Shown: piece after piece, positions 30,679-41,204 of the stretch | Layout: each line of letters begins with the position of its first letter | How positions within the stretch are numbered: the first letter of the stretch is position 1 | From: Spirochaetia bacterium | Lineage (GTDB): Bacteria > Spirochaetota > Spirochaetia > SZUA-6 > Bin103 | NCBI GenBank assembly: GCA_965208575.1 | Contig: CBDBOV010000006.1 | Span: 736,001 to 800,000, forward strand | Reading direction: 5' to 3' | Length of the DNA stretch: 64,000 nt | Notes under the pieces: generated by a model | Told to the model about the DNA's origin: nothing | The model's database searches: none | What the model saw: only the letters and a program-made list of their open reading frames with translations | Made by a program: the position numbers and the translations under genes

Positions 30679-31611
30679 CTACACCGACCTGGCGGCATCG
30701 GCACCGAGGCGACCACCACCACCCCTCAGCCGCGGGTCGAGCAGGTCGCGCATGGCGTCGCCGAACATGTTGAGGCTGTACACGGTGAGCGTCAGGCAGA
30801 GACCGGGCCAGAGGGCGAGCCATGGCGCCATTTCCATGTACTGGCGCCCCTCCCTGCTGAGCATGCCTCCCCAGCTCGGAGTCTTGAGTGGCAGGCCGAA
30901 CCCGAGGAAGCTCAGAGAAGCCTCAGAGATGATCACCCCGCCGATGTTGATGCTGAATATGATGATTACGACGGGCGTGATGTTGGGCAGGACATGGCGC
31001 ATGAGTGTTCTCCATTTTGACGAGCCAAGCGCCTCCGCCGCCTGAAAATAGATGTTTTCCTTGATGTCGATAACGGCGGCTCTCAACACTCTTGAGCCGC
31101 CGATGCCTCCTGCGATCCCGAGGACCATTATTATCTGTAGTACACCGCGCCCCACCAGGGACATTACGGTTAACAATATGAGCAGTCCGGGGAACGCCAT
31201 CCAGGCATCGACAAATCTCTGCACAGCGAGGTCCAACTTACCGCCCAGGAATCCTGAAATGCCGCCTATCAGGACCGCCACCACGACATTGAGAGCGGTC
31301 GCGGACAGACCGACAGCCAACGAGATACGAGCACCGTAGATAAGGCGGCTCAAGAAGTCTCGCCCCAACTGGTCGGTGCCCAGCAGATACTTGGCTGATG
31401 AGCCCTGCAGCCTGTCTATCAAGTGTTGTTCCCAATATGGATATGGTGTCAGGACATTGGCAAAGATAGCTACAAGAGCCAACAGCAATATGACAATCCC
31501 GGCGACAATACCCAGTGGCTTCTCGGTCCACATCCTGCGCAGGAAATTGGCCGTCAAGGAGCTCTTGTCTGGCTCATTTGGTGCTGATGGCAGCCCTGTG
31601 GCATTACTCAT
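30679..31611 (-). CDS. Peptide ABC permease, DppC type (cassette A)
   Basis: LLGTDQLGRD, EASLSFLGFG, DLLDPRLRGGG. Confidence 0.92.
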   Translation of the reverse strand: MSNATGLPSAPNEPDKSSLTANFLRRMWTEKPLGIVAGIVILLLALVAIFANVLTPYPYWEQHLIDRLQGSSAKYLLGTDQLGRDFLSRLIYGARISLAVGLSATALNVVVAVLIGGISGFLGGKLDLAVQRFVDAWMAFPGLLILLTVMSLVGRGVLQIIMVLGIAGGIGGSRVLRAAVIDIKENIYFQAAEALGSSKWRTLMRHVLPNITPVVIIIFSINIGGVIISEASLSFLGFGLPLKTPSWGGMLSREGRQYMEMAPWLALWPGLCLTLTVYSLNMFGDAMRDLLDPRLRGGGGRLGADAARSV

Positions 31612-31621
31612 ACTCGCTCCT

Positions 31622-32581
31622 TCACTTGTAGCGGACCCTGGGATCCAGAAAGGGATACATCAAGTCTATCATCAGATTTATCCCGATGACCGCCACGGCG
31701 AAAAACAAGTTTATTCCGGACACCACCGGGTAGTCTCTGTTATTGAGTGCCACCACCATGAGACGCCCCAACCCCGGCAGGTTGAAAATGTTCTCTATGA
31801 TAACGGAGCCACCCACCAGGATAGGCAACGACAAGCCGATCAGGGTAACCACCGGGATGAGGGCATTCTTGGTGGCGTGCCGCACCACCACTACCCGCTC
31901 ACTGAGGCCCTTTGACCAGGCAGTCCTGATGTAGTCCTGCCTGAGCACCTCAAGCATCATGGTGCGCGTCATCCGCATGGTGCTGGCCGACATGGCCGTG
32001 CCCAGAATCAGGCTGGGAATGATCAGCACCCCGAGATTTCCCAGCGGGTCGTCCGTGAAGGGCACCCACTCCATCGGGGGCGACCAGCCCCACCAGATTG
32101 CCGGATAGATCATCACCATGAGTGCCAGCCAGAAGTTGGGAGTTGCCAAGCCGATGATGGCGGCGGTGCGGCCCAGGTAGTCGGCGGCCGTGTCCTGTCG
32201 AATCGCCGAATAGATGCCGACGGGAACGGCTATCAGGAGCCCGATTATGATTGCCATGACACCAAGCTCCACGGTTACTGGCAATCTACCTATTATCCTC
32301 TCCTCGACCGTCCAACCGCCCCACAGCGATTCGCCGAGCGTACCGTGCAGGAAGAAATCTCCTACCCAGCGTCCATACTGAACGTAGACAGGAAGGTCCA
32401 GTCCGAGCTTGCGCTCAATAGCTTCGCGGTCTACGGTCCCACCAGCGTCCAACTCCATCTTGTCCACCATTATGTCTATTACATCCCCGGGGATGAAGCG
32501 GACCATGAAAAAGACTATGAGGGTCAACAACCATAAGGTGGGGATTATCAGCAATAGACGCCTGATGCTATAGGCTTTCAT
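31622..32581 (-). CDS. Peptide ABC permease, DppB type (cassette A)
   Basis: EVLRQDYIRTAWSKGL, DPRVRY. Confidence 0.92.
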   Translation of the reverse strand: MKAYSIRRLLLIIPTLWLLTLIVFFMVRFIPGDVIDIMVDKMELDAGGTVDREAIERKLGLDLPVYVQYGRWVGDFFLHGTLGESLWGGWTVEERIIGRLPVTVELGVMAIIIGLLIAVPVGIYSAIRQDTAADYLGRTAAIIGLATPNFWLALMVMIYPAIWWGWSPPMEWVPFTDDPLGNLGVLIIPSLILGTAMSASTMRMTRTMMLEVLRQDYIRTAWSKGLSERVVVVRHATKNALIPVVTLIGLSLPILVGGSVIIENIFNLPGLGRLMVVALNNRDYPVVSGINLFFAVAVIGINLMIDLMYPFLDPRVRYK

Positions 32582-32688
32582 GGCACACTCATCACTTCTT
32601 TTTCCCCGTCATGTCTTCGTCATTGAGGGTTACGCGCCGGTGTTCGCAGACCCGTGCCAATTTTCGTCGCGCTGAGCGGCAGACGGAG

Positions 32689-32724
32689 AGGAGAACCGGG
32701 CGGCTCAAGGCGCCCGGTTCTCCT
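32689..32724 (-). terminator. Stem-loop after the SBP gene
   Basis: AGGAGAACCGGGCG / CGCCCGGTTCTCCT perfect 14-bp arms. Confidence 0.65.
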
Positions 32725-32758
32725 GATCCTTGAGGTCGCGACAAGCGGTGAAACTCGC

Positions 32759-34546
32759 CTAATAGCCCATTGATTTCTTCAGCTCACTATCGATCCAGAG
32801 GCGGGCCGAGACGAAATTTGGATTAACAAACGCACTCAACTCACCGTTGTAACCCTTGACCCACGGCTGGAACGCTTCAAATGACGGATTTGCCGGACCC
32901 CATATGGCCCAGTGCCTCTCTACCGGATACATATCTGCCAACTTCGCCCACCGCTGCTGCTCCTCGATGGTGGTAGCGGCTGCGGCGGCTGCAAACAGGG
33001 CGTCATAGTCCGGGTCGTTCGCGGCGACACTATTGGCTGCCGCGGTGGTCAGGAAGCGGTCCGGAGCACTAAGCGGGTTAGCCAAGCTCCCATAGGCCAT
33101 TTCGTGTGACAGCATTTCGAAATCATAGTCTCTTCTCTTGGAGGCAAAAGGGCCTATCGGCGTCATCTGGACGTCGACCTCAACACCAATGTCACGCCAG
33201 TATCCGGCGAGTAGTTCATAGTAGCTCGGATCATACCGGTCCAGGACGGTATACACGCTCTTGAATCGAATCCCATCGGCGTCGCGAGGCACTCCGGCCT
33301 CATCAAGGAGCGCTTCTGCCCCTTCCGGGTCATAGTCATACGCTTTTTTCAGCTCGGCGGGCCACTCTTCAAACGGGACGAAATAGCCGATGGCAGCATC
33401 CCCTTGCTGTCCGTGAGGTGTCGTATCTCCATAACCCTTGAAGAAGACATTGTTGATCGTCTCCAGGTCCAGTGCCATCTGCATTGCCCGGCGCACCCTG
33501 ATGTCGGTAAAGGGCTCCTTGTTGATGTTGAGACCAGTAGCACCGGTCGAAGCACCGAGGTTCGTCCGCAGCTCGATTTCGGGGTTGGTCCGCTTGAGGC
33601 TCTCTGCCTGGTCGACGGACCTCAGTACACTTGCCCAACCGAGAAAGTCCACCTTGCCCGAGCGCAGTGCCGCTACCCGGGTTGCCTCTTCCGGCATGAT
33701 CGGGGCCCTTATTTCGTCAACGTAGGGTAGCCGGTTTTCCGGGTACTTTTCGTCGTAGCCCCAGTAGTCAGGATTCCTGGTATAGGTTACAACGGTGCCC
33801 TCGAGGTAGTCAGCCAGCTCGAAGGGTCCGGTGCCGACCAGGTTCCTCCAATCACTAACGTCTCCGTGTTCTCTGATTACGTCGGAGGGGTATATTTGGC
33901 CGGCGACGTCGAACAGGATAGCCCCCAGCCCATCCAGCCTGGTCTCCTGCAGCTTGAACACGACCGTCCATTTGTCGGTGGCCGTTATCGATTCCCATTT
34001 GAAGTTCTTCAAGACCCAGGCAAAGGCGCTCGGTTCGGTGAAGCCGCTGCCCGTACCCGTTACCCGGTGAAAGCTGTACTCGACGTCGTAGGCATCGAGC
34101 TCCCGACCGTTCATCGGGGCCTTGTCGTGCCAGTGAACGCCCTGGCGGATTTTCACGATAACGGTATTGATGTCGGGCTGCGACCAGCTCTCCACCAACT
34201 CCCCTTTCAGGGCAGATACCGGAGGACGCACTCTGAAGTCAAATTCGCTCCTGTCCATTCCCCAGTCCCCGGTGCCGAGCTTCTCCAATACGCCAGTGGT
34301 GAACATATGGTACCATCCCGAAAGCATGACATCAGGATTCGGACCCTCTTCATTCCAGGGCATGGTTATTGTCCCGCCATACTCTGGTGCCACCACCGGT
34401 TCGCCGGTGGTGGGGTCGGTCACATACCGCTTGTCGGCGCCGGCTGCCGGTGCCTCCTCCTCTGCGCCGGTGGCCCAGAGGCCGGTTGCGGTCAGAACCA
34501 GGACCAACGCAAGCGCGACGGTCCTGGTGCTTGCTACCAAATTCAT
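32759..34546 (-). CDS. Family 5 substrate-binding protein (cassette A)
   Basis: PEYGG, WHDKAPMNGR, GTGPF, DEKYPENRLPY, ARLWID. Confidence 0.92.
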   Translation of the reverse strand: MNLVASTRTVALALVLVLTATGLWATGAEEEAPAAGADKRYVTDPTTGEPVVAPEYGGTITMPWNEEGPNPDVMLSGWYHMFTTGVLEKLGTGDWGMDRSEFDFRVRPPVSALKGELVESWSQPDINTVIVKIRQGVHWHDKAPMNGRELDAYDVEYSFHRVTGTGSGFTEPSAFAWVLKNFKWESITATDKWTVVFKLQETRLDGLGAILFDVAGQIYPSDVIREHGDVSDWRNLVGTGPFELADYLEGTVVTYTRNPDYWGYDEKYPENRLPYVDEIRAPIMPEEATRVAALRSGKVDFLGWASVLRSVDQAESLKRTNPEIELRTNLGASTGATGLNINKEPFTDIRVRRAMQMALDLETINNVFFKGYGDTTPHGQQGDAAIGYFVPFEEWPAELKKAYDYDPEGAEALLDEAGVPRDADGIRFKSVYTVLDRYDPSYYELLAGYWRDIGVEVDVQMTPIGPFASKRRDYDFEMLSHEMAYGSLANPLSAPDRFLTTAAANSVAANDPDYDALFAAAAAATTIEEQQRWAKLADMYPVERHWAIWGPANPSFEAFQPWVKGYNGELSAFVNPNFVSARLWIDSELKKSMGY

Positions 34547-34735
34547 AGGTAACTCCGTTTGTTTGATTTCTGAGAGTATTGCGTAGCGGCTTACCGGATT
34601 ACCGCTCCCTGGCTACCCTCACGCCCGCAACGCGGGCGGCCACTGAGAGTCAACTGCGTAACGCGCGCGGCGTGTGACTCGGCCGGGTTCACGCCGCGCG
34701 CGTCCAGGGTTCCTTTAGTATCATTTTGCACCCCC
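34547..34735 (-). promoter_or_regulatory. Conserved structured 5' leader of SBP gene, copy A
   Basis: Homologous to 45937-46127 and 55713-55800; several stems. Confidence 0.6.
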
Positions 34736-35063
34736 GTTTCTGTGGACTTCGGCAATTCTCGGCGGGCGGTTGTCAGGGAAGGAGAGTGTCATAGTCGTTG
34801 ACGCACGTGAGCTGCACGATCACTTCTTGAAATGGAACACGATGAAAACCGATGCACAGGCATCGTCTGCCCGCCCGCCCTTTCGGACCAGGCACAGCCA
34901 TACCCAGATGTAACCGCGATTGACTGCATCCACCCCACTATGACATCCGCCCCGGTGGAGGTCAACCACGCGCATTGACTCATCAACATTGCCTACCTTG
35001 CCTACCCGACAGAGGCTGCCGGCACGAGGCCAGAATCATGACGAGCGCTATGTGGCCCCGACG

Positions 35064-36704
35064 TCAGCCGTCGGCCAGCTCGAACGCCGTCACGTTGCGC
35101 GTCCGGCGGCTGAGTTCCACTCCGATCAGGTGGATGGGCTCACCCCGCCCCCGGTACTTGTCCGCGTAGCCCCGCTCCCGCAACTGCGCCAGCGCCGACC
35201 CCGCCGCCGCCAGCTCGGCTACCTTGAACTCGAACAGGTACACGTGCCCGCCGGTCCTCACCGCCATGTCCAGGCGCCCGTGGCTGCTCGACTCCTCCAC
35301 CGCGATCTCGTACCCCAGCGCCGCGAAGTACGAATAGAAAACGCTCGCGTAGTACCCCTCGTACTGCGCGATATCGTTGTTTGTGTGCCATTCGTAGGGA
35401 ATGCTCGCGAAGAACGCGTGGAACAGCTCCTGCAGCCCCGCGCAGTCGTGCGTGGAAAGCAGCCGTTGCAGCCGCATGCTGTTCGCCGTCTGCTGCTCCA
35501 CGTCCTGCACCAAGTGGCGCAGCAGGTGCTCGTTCAGGCTCTGGCGCACCTCCCGGTTCGGGTAGCCCAACCGATACAGCACCTTGCCGCCCAGCTCCTC
35601 TTCCCCCGTTACCGTCAGGTAACCGGTCTGGAACAGCAACGCCTGCGTGCCGATCTGGCCCACGTCGAACCTCGACAGCAGTTCCATCGTTCCCACCATT
35701 CGGTCCAGCGACACCGACGCCACCCGCCGCTCGAACAGCAGGTCCACCAGAAACGCCGGCGTCCCGGTCTCGAACCAGTGCGCGGCAAACTCGCGGCTGT
35801 CGAACAGCAGCAGCACGTCGTACGGGTTGTACACCTTCTCCTCGCCGCGCCAGCGGTAGCCGTTGTACCACTCGCGGATCCGTTCCCGGTCCAGCCCGGC
35901 CAGTTCCGGCGCGAACACCGTGTCCAGATCCGCGTCCGTGTAGCCGCAGATTGACGAGTAGCGCCGATCCAACGTGAGATCTGTGAGATTGTTCAACTGC
36001 GAGAAGAGCGCCCCACCGGCGGCGCCTTCGGCCTCGCCGGTGGCCCATCCCGTCCTTCCGCCCAAGAAACTTCCACGGAAGTGTCTTGGGCGGTTTACCT
36101 TGGAGAACTTGCTGATGCCGGTGAGGAACGTGAACCGCACGTGGGCGTCCGAGTCCTTGATCACCCCGTACAGCCCGCGCAGGTAGTCGCGGTTGGCACG
36201 CGCCGCCTCGGGTTCCTCCAACGCGTCCAGGATCGGCTTGTCGTACTCGTCCACCAGCACCACCACCCGCTGCCCCGTCTGCCGATGCAGCGTGCGCAAC
36301 AGACGGCGCAAGCGCGGCGCCGCGCCGCCGTCGTGGGATGCAATGCCCGCCGCCTCCTCCAGGTCCTGCAACTGGAATGCCACGTCCTCGTGCAGCGTCG
36401 CGGGCTCGGTGAAGCTGCCGCTGCCGAAGCTCAGCCGCACCACCGGATGCCGCTCCGACCAATCGTGGCGGTCGTGGATGTAGAGCCCCGCGAACAACGC
36501 CTCGTTGCCCTCGAACAGCTCCTTCAGCGTGTCCAGAAACAAGCTCTTGCCGAACCGCCGGGGCCGCGACAGGAAGTAATGTGTGCCCCCGCGGAGCAAC
36601 CGCTCGATGAAGGCGGTCTTGTCCACGTAGTAGCAGTCCTGCTCCCGCAGCTTGCGGAACGTCTGTATCCCGATCGGCAGTCTGCGCCGCGCCACCGGTT
36701 TCAT
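35064..36704 (-). CDS. AAA-ATPase-like + PD-(D/E)XK nuclease protein
   Basis: LPIGIQTF, YVDKT, SRPRRFGKS, VLVDEYDKP, C-terminal GRLD...FEFK; carries a 28-aa in-frame insert. Confidence 0.88.
   Translation of the reverse strand: MKPVARRRLPIGIQTFRKLREQDCYYVDKTAFIERLLRGGTHYFLSRPRRFGKSLFLDTLKELFEGNEALFAGLYIHDRHDWSERHPVVRLSFGSGSFTEPATLHEDVAFQLQDLEEAAGIASHDGGAAPRLRRLLRTLHRQTGQRVVVLVDEYDKPILDALEEPEAARANRDYLRGLYGVIKDSDAHVRFTFLTGISKFSKVNRPRHFRGSFLGGRTGWATGEAEGAAGGALFSQLNNLTDLTLDRRYSSICGYTDADLDTVFAPELAGLDRERIREWYNGYRWRGEEKVYNPYDVLLLFDSREFAAHWFETGTPAFLVDLLFERRVASVSLDRMVGTMELLSRFDVGQIGTQALLFQTGYLTVTGEEELGGKVLYRLGYPNREVRQSLNEHLLRHLVQDVEQQTANSMRLQRLLSTHDCAGLQELFHAFFASIPYEWHTNNDIAQYEGYYASVFYSYFAALGYEIAVEESSSHGRLDMAVRTGGHVYLFEFKVAELAAAGSALAQLRERGYADKYRGRGEPIHLIGVELSRRTRNVTAFELADG
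36009..36092. repeat. 84-bp double-hairpin element inserted in frame
   Basis: CCACCGGCG...CGCCGGTGG and CCGCCCAAGA-AACTTCC...GGAAGT-G-TCTTGGGCGG; interrupts SKFSKVx|LFSxLNN. Confidence 0.75.
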
Positions 36705-36935
36705 CTTACCCCGTGGAGGTCGCGCCCTCTCCCGCCCGGTAGTGCGGGCGGCCCGTCGATCTCTTCCATAACCGTGCGTGGCTCCCGTCGCCCTGAATGA
36801 TAGCATCGCCGCCACCACCGGTACACCCGCGAGGCGCTGTCCGCGATGATGGGTGCCGTGGGTGTTCGGACCAGTCGTCCAAGCGGGTAACGGAGGCTTC
36901 TCTCCGGCGGTAGGTGCCGGTACGTTGGAAACAGG

Positions 36936-38399
36936 ATGAGTAGCCTCGACACCCTTCCCGCAACAGCTCACACGACAGCGGATACCACTGCGGCGGAGCC
37001 CAGCTTCAACGAGGGGCTGGCGCTGGCGGTGGACCGGGCGCTGCGCCACCTGGACCTGCCGCCAGGCCTGCCGGAGCAGATCAAGGCGTGCGACTCGGTG
37101 CTGCAGTTGCAGTTCCCGGTGCGGCTCGACGACGGCGTGCTGCACATCTTCCGCGGCTGGCGCGCCACGCACAGCTCGCACTCCCTGCCGGCCAAGGGCG
37201 GCATCCGCTACGCCACCTGCGTCGACCAGGACGAGGTGGAGGCGCTGGCCGCGCTGATGACCTACAAGTGCGCGCTGGTGGACGTGCCGTTCGGCGGCTC
37301 CAAGGGCGGCGTGCGGCTGGATCCCGGCCGGTACTCGGAGCGCGAGCTGGAGGCGATCACGCGCCGCTTCGCCCGCGAGCTGATCTCGCGCGGCTACCTG
37401 AGCCCCGGCGGCAACGTGCCGGCCCCCGACATGGGCACCGGCGCACGCGAGATGGGCTGGATCGCCGACGTGTACCGCACCATCCACCCGGAGGAGATCA
37501 ACGCGCTCGCGTGCGTGACCGGCAAGCCGGTCACCTCCGGGGGCATACCGGGCCGCACCGAGGCGACCGGGCGCGGCGTGCAGTTCGCGGTGCGCGAGTT
37601 GTTCCGCCGTCCGGAGGACCTGGCGCTGGCCGGCCTGGACGGCGGGCTGGAGGGCAAGCGGGTCTTGGTGCAGGGGCTCGGCAACGTCGGTTACCACCTG
37701 GCCCGCTACCTGTCCGAGGAGGACGGCGCGCTGGTGGTCGGCGTGATGACGCGCGAAGGCGCGGTGCTCGACGACGGCGGCATCGACGTTGCCTCGCTGC
37801 GCGCCCACCTGGACGAGTACGGCGGCGTCGCGGGGTTCCCGCGGGGGCGCACCGACGTGGATGCCGACGCGTTCCTGGCCACCTCCTGCGACCTGCTGAT
37901 CCCGGCGGCGGTCGAGGGCCAGATTCACGCCGGCAACGCGGCCCGCGTGCAGGCCCGGCTGGTGGTGGAGGCGGCCAACGGCCCGGTGACCTACCGCGGC
38001 GACGAGATTCTGCGCCGGCGCGGCATCCCGGTGCTGCCCGACCTGTTCGTGAACGCGGGCGGGGTGACCGTGTCCTACTTCGAGTGGATCAAGAACCTGT
38101 CGCACATCCGCTTCGGGCGCATGGACCGCCGCCTGGACGAGGGCCGTGGCGCGCGCATCGTCGGTGCGCTGGAGCAGATGACCGGGCGCCCGGCGGACGC
38201 GGCGCTGCGCGCCGAACTGGTCAGCGGCGCCGACGAGCTGACGCTGGTGCGCTCAGGCCTGGACGACACCATGCGGCAGGCCTACGACGAGATCAGCGAC
38301 ACCTTCCGCCACGGCGACGGCATCGACGACTTCCGCACCGCCGCCTACGTGGTCGCACTCCGCAAGATCGCCAACACCTACTTCGACCTCGGCATCTAG
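36936..38399 (+). CDS. gdhA: Glutamate dehydrogenase (Glu/Leu/Phe/Val family)
   Basis: KGGIRY, MTYKCA, PFGGSKGG, VPAPDMGT, ATGRG, QGLGNVG, EAANGP, NAGGVTVSYFEW. Confidence 0.93.
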   Translation: MSSLDTLPATAHTTADTTAAEPSFNEGLALAVDRALRHLDLPPGLPEQIKACDSVLQLQFPVRLDDGVLHIFRGWRATHSSHSLPAKGGIRYATCVDQDEVEALAALMTYKCALVDVPFGGSKGGVRLDPGRYSERELEAITRRFARELISRGYLSPGGNVPAPDMGTGAREMGWIADVYRTIHPEEINALACVTGKPVTSGGIPGRTEATGRGVQFAVRELFRRPEDLALAGLDGGLEGKRVLVQGLGNVGYHLARYLSEEDGALVVGVMTREGAVLDDGGIDVASLRAHLDEYGGVAGFPRGRTDVDADAFLATSCDLLIPAAVEGQIHAGNAARVQARLVVEAANGPVTYRGDEILRRRGIPVLPDLFVNAGGVTVSYFEWIKNLSHIRFGRMDRRLDEGRGARIVGALEQMTGRPADAALRAELVSGADELTLVRSGLDDTMRQAYDEISDTFRHGDGIDDFRTAAYVVALRKIANTYFDLGI

Positions 38400-38403
38400 G
38401 CAT

Positions 38404-38793
38404 CTAGCAGCCCGTGGCGAATACGCCGGGAATGTCGTCGAAATGAGCGTCCATGGTGACGAGTTGCGCGCCCAGTTCCAGGGCGATGGCCGCGATCCAG
38501 ATGTCGTTGGTGGGCAATGGCGTGCCCTGCTGCTTGAGCTTGCCGACCAACATGCCGTAGCGCTCGGCCGCGTCCCTGGTCACGGCGGCGACGGACACGC
38601 CCGGCCGACGAAGGAATTCGTCCAGTGCAGCGACATTCATGCGCGCACGCGACCCCATGCGAAAACCGGCGAACAGCTCGCCCAGGACGATGCTGGGAAT
38701 GGCTACCTCGTCCGCCGTTTCGACGAGGTCGATGACATCGGCGTCGCCGCGCTTGAACGCGGAATATGCGTTGGTGTCCAGGCAGATCCTCAT
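38404..38793 (-). CDS. vapC: VapC-family PIN toxin
   Basis: ICLDTNAY, VLGEL, PTNDIWIAA, TMDAHF. Confidence 0.9.
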   Translation of the reverse strand: MRICLDTNAYSAFKRGDADVIDLVETADEVAIPSIVLGELFAGFRMGSRARMNVAALDEFLRRPGVSVAAVTRDAAERYGMLVGKLKQQGTPLPTNDIWIAAIALELGAQLVTMDAHFDDIPGVFATGC

Positions 38794-39044
38794 CGCTCCC
38801 ACATCTCGTCGTCGATTTGATCGAACACTCGCGTATTGGCTTCGAACTCCGCTGCTTCCGCATCGCTCCAAGTCCCGGCGAGGTCCGACACGTCACGCTT
38901 CCGGCCGCTCCCGCCGCCGAGATGGAGCGACTCCATCAAGACGCCGATGATCGTTCTGTTGAGGCTCTTGTTCTGCTCGCTTGCAAGCTCGCGCAATCGG
39001 TCATCGAGCTCCTGCGGGACATCGCGCAACGTAATCTGACTCAT
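38790..39044 (-). CDS. FitA/VapB-like ribbon-helix-helix antitoxin
   Basis: MSQITLRDVP..L...A....SLN; ATGA overlap with vapC. Confidence 0.85.
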   Translation of the reverse strand: MSQITLRDVPQELDDRLRELASEQNKSLNRTIIGVLMESLHLGGGSGRKRDVSDLAGTWSDAEAAEFEANTRVFDQIDDEMWER

Positions 39045-39236
39045 GCCTATGCCTTCATCGCTTCACTCTACCGAGTCACCCTGGCACACCACCGGGCGCC
39101 CCGTCAACTCGCTCATCGTCACGCGGCGGTGGCGGATGGGTCGCGCTGGTGCGGCAATCCTGCCGTCCCTGCCGTCCCCGCCTGCCGTGTGGGGGTTGAC
39201 GGATCGGGCGGTTGACGCTTATGTGGGGCCGTGCCG

Positions 39237-40286
39237 ATGACCACGCGCGCCGCCATCCAGACCGCCAGCGGCCAGCCGCTCATCATCGATGAGCTCGATA
39301 TTCCCGATCCGCGCCCCGACCAGGCGGTCCTGAAGCTACTCGCCAGCGGGATATGCCATTCGCAGGTCCACGAGTTGCACGATGCGCTGACGCGGCCGAC
39401 CGCGTTCGGCCACGAGGCCACCGGCGTGGTGGTGCGGGCCGGCAGCGAGGTGACGCGGGTGCGGGAGGGCGACCGCGCCATCGTCACCTGGGTGCGGCAC
39501 CAGCCGCTGCCGATGGGCCGGAACGACCGCCCGTGCGGCGCCACCTACCGGGGCAGCCCCATTCCGTGGCCGCACTTTACCTGGAGCGAGCACACCATTG
39601 TCTCGGAACAGTACCTGGTGCCGATCGCCGCTTCGGAGCCGGCCGACCTGTGCTCAATCATCGGCTGCGCGGTGCTGACCGGCGCCGGTGCGGTGATCCA
39701 CACCACGCGGGTGCAGCCGGGCGACTCGGTGGCGGTGTTCGGGGCCGGCGGCGTGGGGCTGGCGGCGATCCGGGCGGCGGCGATCCGGGGCGCCGATCCG
39801 CTCATCGTGGTGGACCTGCGCGCCGACAAGCTGGAGCTGGCCCGCGAGTTCGGCGCCACGCATGTCGTAAACGCGAGCGACGTCGACCCGGTGGAGGCGG
39901 TGGTGGACCTGAGCGGCGGCGGCGTCGACTACGCGTTCGACGCGATCGGCGTGCGGCAGACCACCGAAACGATCAACGAGGTCACGCGGCCGGGGTCGAT
40001 GGGCGCCGGCAACGAGGGCGGCACCGCGGTCCTTATCGGGGTGCCCGGTAACGAGATGACCCTGAACCCGCGCGCCATGCTGTCGGCGCACCGCCGTTAC
40101 GTCACCAGCTTCGGCGCCTCCAACCCCGACCGCGACTTCCCGATCTTCCTGCGCTGGTACCGGGACGGCCTGTTCCCGCTCGACCGGCTGGTCACCGACC
40201 GCTACCGGCTGGAGCAGATCAACGAGGCGTGCGCGGCACTCAAGGCCGGCCAGGTAATGGGCCGCGCCATCCTGGAGTACCAATAG
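39237..40286 (+). CDS. Zn-dependent alcohol dehydrogenase
   Basis: GICHS, GHEATG, GCAVLTG, FGAGGVG, GVDYAFD. Confidence 0.9.
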   Translation: MTTRAAIQTASGQPLIIDELDIPDPRPDQAVLKLLASGICHSQVHELHDALTRPTAFGHEATGVVVRAGSEVTRVREGDRAIVTWVRHQPLPMGRNDRPCGATYRGSPIPWPHFTWSEHTIVSEQYLVPIAASEPADLCSIIGCAVLTGAGAVIHTTRVQPGDSVAVFGAGGVGLAAIRAAAIRGADPLIVVDLRADKLELAREFGATHVVNASDVDPVEAVVDLSGGGVDYAFDAIGVRQTTETINEVTRPGSMGAGNEGGTAVLIGVPGNEMTLNPRAMLSAHRRYVTSFGASNPDRDFPIFLRWYRDGLFPLDRLVTDRYRLEQINEACAALKAGQVMGRAILEYQ

Positions 40287-40310
40287 AGTAGGGTAATGAA
40301 GGAGCGTGCG

Positions 40311-41162
40311 ATGAACGCAACGAGCAAGCGGCAGCAACTGCTGGACGACGGATTCTGCGTGTTTCCGGGGCTGCTCGACGACGACCTGCTGGCGCGCTTG
40401 CGGCAGGCCAGCGACCGGCTGCTGGACGCCTACCCGGACGAGGAGCGGCAGCGCCGCGGCAACCAGGGCAGCGTCGTGTCCATTCTCTTCCAGGATCGGG
40501 CGTTCGTCGAGTTGATCGCCTGGCCGCCCGTCTGGGCCGCTTTGCGCGAGCTGGGTTTCAACGGCGCGCGCTATTGGTCCGGGTCGGTCATTTCCAAGGA
40601 GGCGCACTCCACTTCCCTGTACTGGCACCAGGACTGGGTGTGGTGGCGGGAGCCGGAGAGCGCCGACCCGGTGCCGCACCAGTTGTTCCTGATGTGGTAC
40701 CTCACCGACACGCGGCCCGAGAACGGCTGCCTGCGGGTGCTGCCGCAGTCGCACCGGCGCCGGCTGGAAGCGCATGACCTGATCGGCAGCCACGACGACG
40801 GCATCCGTCACCGAGACCCGGCCACCACGGCCGGCTACCAGGCGCTGCCCGGCGAGGTCGACGTGCCGGTGACGGCGGGCGACCTGGTGGTCGGAGACTC
40901 GCGCGTGCTGCACGCCGCGCATGCCAACACCACCGACCGGCGGCGCACCGTGCTCACCACCTGGTACCTGCCGCGTTACGACGAGCTGAGCGAGCGGTTG
41001 CGCGCCGCCTACCAGAAGGCTATCCGTCCGCCGTCGGCGTCGCTGCCGGCGGACGAGCTGGCGCTGGTTCAGCCGCTGCTGCCCGACTACCGCGGCGACG
41101 CCGAGCCGGCGCACAGGAGCTATGAGTTGAGCGACTACCTGCAACCCGCCGCGCGCGGGTAA
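40311..41162 (+). CDS. Phytanoyl-CoA dioxygenase (PhyH) family protein
   Basis: WHQD, YLTDT..ENGCL..LPQSH, AGD....D..VLH, N...RR. Confidence 0.88.
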   Translation: MNATSKRQQLLDDGFCVFPGLLDDDLLARLRQASDRLLDAYPDEERQRRGNQGSVVSILFQDRAFVELIAWPPVWAALRELGFNGARYWSGSVISKEAHSTSLYWHQDWVWWREPESADPVPHQLFLMWYLTDTRPENGCLRVLPQSHRRRLEAHDLIGSHDDGIRHRDPATTAGYQALPGEVDVPVTAGDLVVGDSRVLHAAHANTTDRRRTVLTTWYLPRYDELSERLRAAYQKAIRPPSASLPADELALVQPLLPDYRGDAEPAHRSYELSDYLQPAARG

Positions 41163-41204
41163 CCGGCACGCGGACAGCAACGGAAACGACAAGGAGGAGA
41201 GACC

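Noticed and set aside
34789-35060. Lower-GC intergenic segment with short ORFs
   Set aside because: No recognisable protein or RNA motif in the frames I translated
38392-38407. Tandem GCATCTAG at the gdhA/vapC junction
   Set aside because: A single 8-bp tandem with no matching copy noticed on the far side of the TA pair; too weak to call a target duplication
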